A stretch of DNA of 63,981 nucleotides, filler included, from Octopus bimaculoides (lineage: Eukaryota): the NCBI RefSeq assembly GCF_001194135.2. It is 8 parts of 8 records of this genome, joined end to end, with 100 filler letters (N's around TTAATTAATTAA, not from the genome) between each part and the next. Parts side by side here need not be neighbours in the genome. Positions count along the whole stretch, not along the records: positions 61,112 to 62,502 come from NC_069007.1; positions 62,603 to 63,981 come from NW_026429116.1; 6 more parts are not named here. The stretch is one strand, 5' to 3'. The position numbers were made by a program, and so were the translations under genes. Positions 62,357 to 63,981 of the stretch are shown here, piece by piece; positions within the stretch are counted from its first letter, which is position 1; the number at the start of each line of letters is the position of its first letter. Below the pieces are notes generated by a model, which worked only from the letters and a program-made list of their open reading frames with translations, did no database searches and was not told the origin of the DNA.

Positions 62357-63981
62357 ACTGAGGTGGAAATGAATGAGATGTGTAAAAACGGATTATTGGT
62401 TGGGGGGAGCAGCGTATCTATGGCAACCAGCACCCAGGACCACCGAAACACTAACATCAATCTCTCACGAGATGGTCCGGAAACACAGACATTGGTTCAT
62501 TANNNNNNNNNNNNNNNNNNNNNNNNNNNNNNNNNNNNNNNNNNNNTTAATTAATTAANNNNNNNNNNNNNNNNNNNNNNNNNNNNNNNNNNNNNNNNNN
62601 NNATGGAATTACGATGAATCGTAACTTATCTATATAAATGGAAATCATAAGTACAGGTATTTATATAAACAAGAGCAGACATATTTGTGAATATATTTGG
62701 GGATATATATTTTAAAGTTTATCGAAGCAGCTCGTAACTGGTACTAAAAAATTTAAGAGAAATAGTTAATGAGCATGTGACATTCTACATTAAATTATTT
62801 TATATATTTACAAAACAGTCGAAAGTAAATTATATAACGTTATATAATCCTGCTGCTATATATAATTACATTATTTTATAATTAACTAGCTTTATTAAGA
62901 GAAGATTTATGAAATAATAATGTGTTTAAATTTTCACTCTGCGAACTGTAACATCTGCTACTTCGGTAACATTCGAGTAAATTTCAGACTAATTAACTGT
63001 ATTAAACCATCGTTTAATGAAATATTCGTATATAGATTTTACTTCATCTTAGATTTTATCTGAATGAAGAAAATACTCAATGCTCTCATGAAACTTATTA
63101 ACATATAGTGCCGTAAATACCGTGCTTCCTGAAAATAAGAACGATTTCATTGTTAGAATATTAATTTCATTTCATGATTATGTGGTGCTTAGTTCAAGTA
63201 GACTGACCAGCACCTTAGACAGCTATGTTATGTCATAACCTCAGACGTTGGGACTACTTTGTCTGAAATTCATATGCAATACTTGTGTATGCACATCAGA
63301 AAGACTTGAAATTCTTAGATTATTTTAGTGAAGTTCACTCAGATTAAAGTACATTCAGAACTGATCTCTTGGGTGACAACAACTGCTCTTTGGCATTTTT
63401 CTATTAGAATCGGTGTCCTGGAAAAGGGTCTCAAGAAGAGCTCTTCTTCCTCTGGCAAAAGAATTTGAGAAAATATACTATCTAAATGAATAGCCACCAC
63501 AAAATTTATTTATCTACTGTGAGTCTCCACAGAATTGTTAGGCTGCCTAATCTTTAGGTAGTTTAAGCATTTTTCAAATATATTACATACGCATGGCTTA
63601 CAAATAGTCTCCGTATTCAAATGAATTTATATGATATAATTGTACAGTGTTGAATATTAAAGAAGAGATTATTAAACAAACTTTGGCAGATTTGCACAAA
63701 CTGTCAAAATTAGTCATTAAGAAGTATAATAGTAAAATAAGAGGAAGAGTATAAGTTGAAATTTTGATAACTCGAAGAACAGAAGTATGACTAGAGGTGG
63801 CAAATAAAAAATAAAATAAACAGAAGCTCGTGACCGTACCAAGTGGTGGTGGAGAAAAGGAAGAAATTAAACGACAGGGGAGAAAAGCATGACAAAATCA
63901 ATCACGTCTTTCACCAACATTAATATGCCGTCAATACTATCGACTCTTCTATGCAAAAAATACAGGTGGATCAGATGATTA

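Noticed and set aside
7587-62558. TTAATTAATTAA recurring at 7587, 27871, 42365, 56207, 57896, 61056 and 62547
   Set aside because: Always centred within N runs of similar length and has stops in all six frames. It is a scaffolding spacer, not biology.
63300-63450. Possible minus-strand exon after a pyrimidine tract ending in CAG
   Set aside because: All frames are short or unrecognised; there is no supporting neighbouring exon.

Overview
AT-rich, microsatellite-dense animal genomic DNA with many assembly gaps. It is probably an octopus: this is inferred from the tRNA-derived SINE families and the repeat landscape, not from a database search. I recognise no host protein-coding gene; most long ORFs in the track are simple-repeat or N-gap artefacts. 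The window is mostly decayed mobile elements: Tc1/mariner (one full-length copy with TIRs), a pogo-like non-autonomous element, hAT MITEs, Tx1/L1-, CR1- and CRE-like LINE relics, Penelope-like (PLE) remnants, and at least four SINE families. The most interesting signal is a set of minimal type I hammerhead ribozyme (HHR) motifs from at least three sequence families. One sits inside a 343-bp insertion (21569-21911) that joins a Pol III tRNA-like head to an HHR, carries an inverted copy of its own 3' end, and is flanked by a perfect 12-bp duplication. This is a candidate ribozyme-bearing SINE mobilised by Penelope machinery. Other notable items are a telomeric-repeat insertion with a 16-bp target duplication, a fold-back inversion junction in a mariner, and a GC-rich minisatellite starting inside a SINE.
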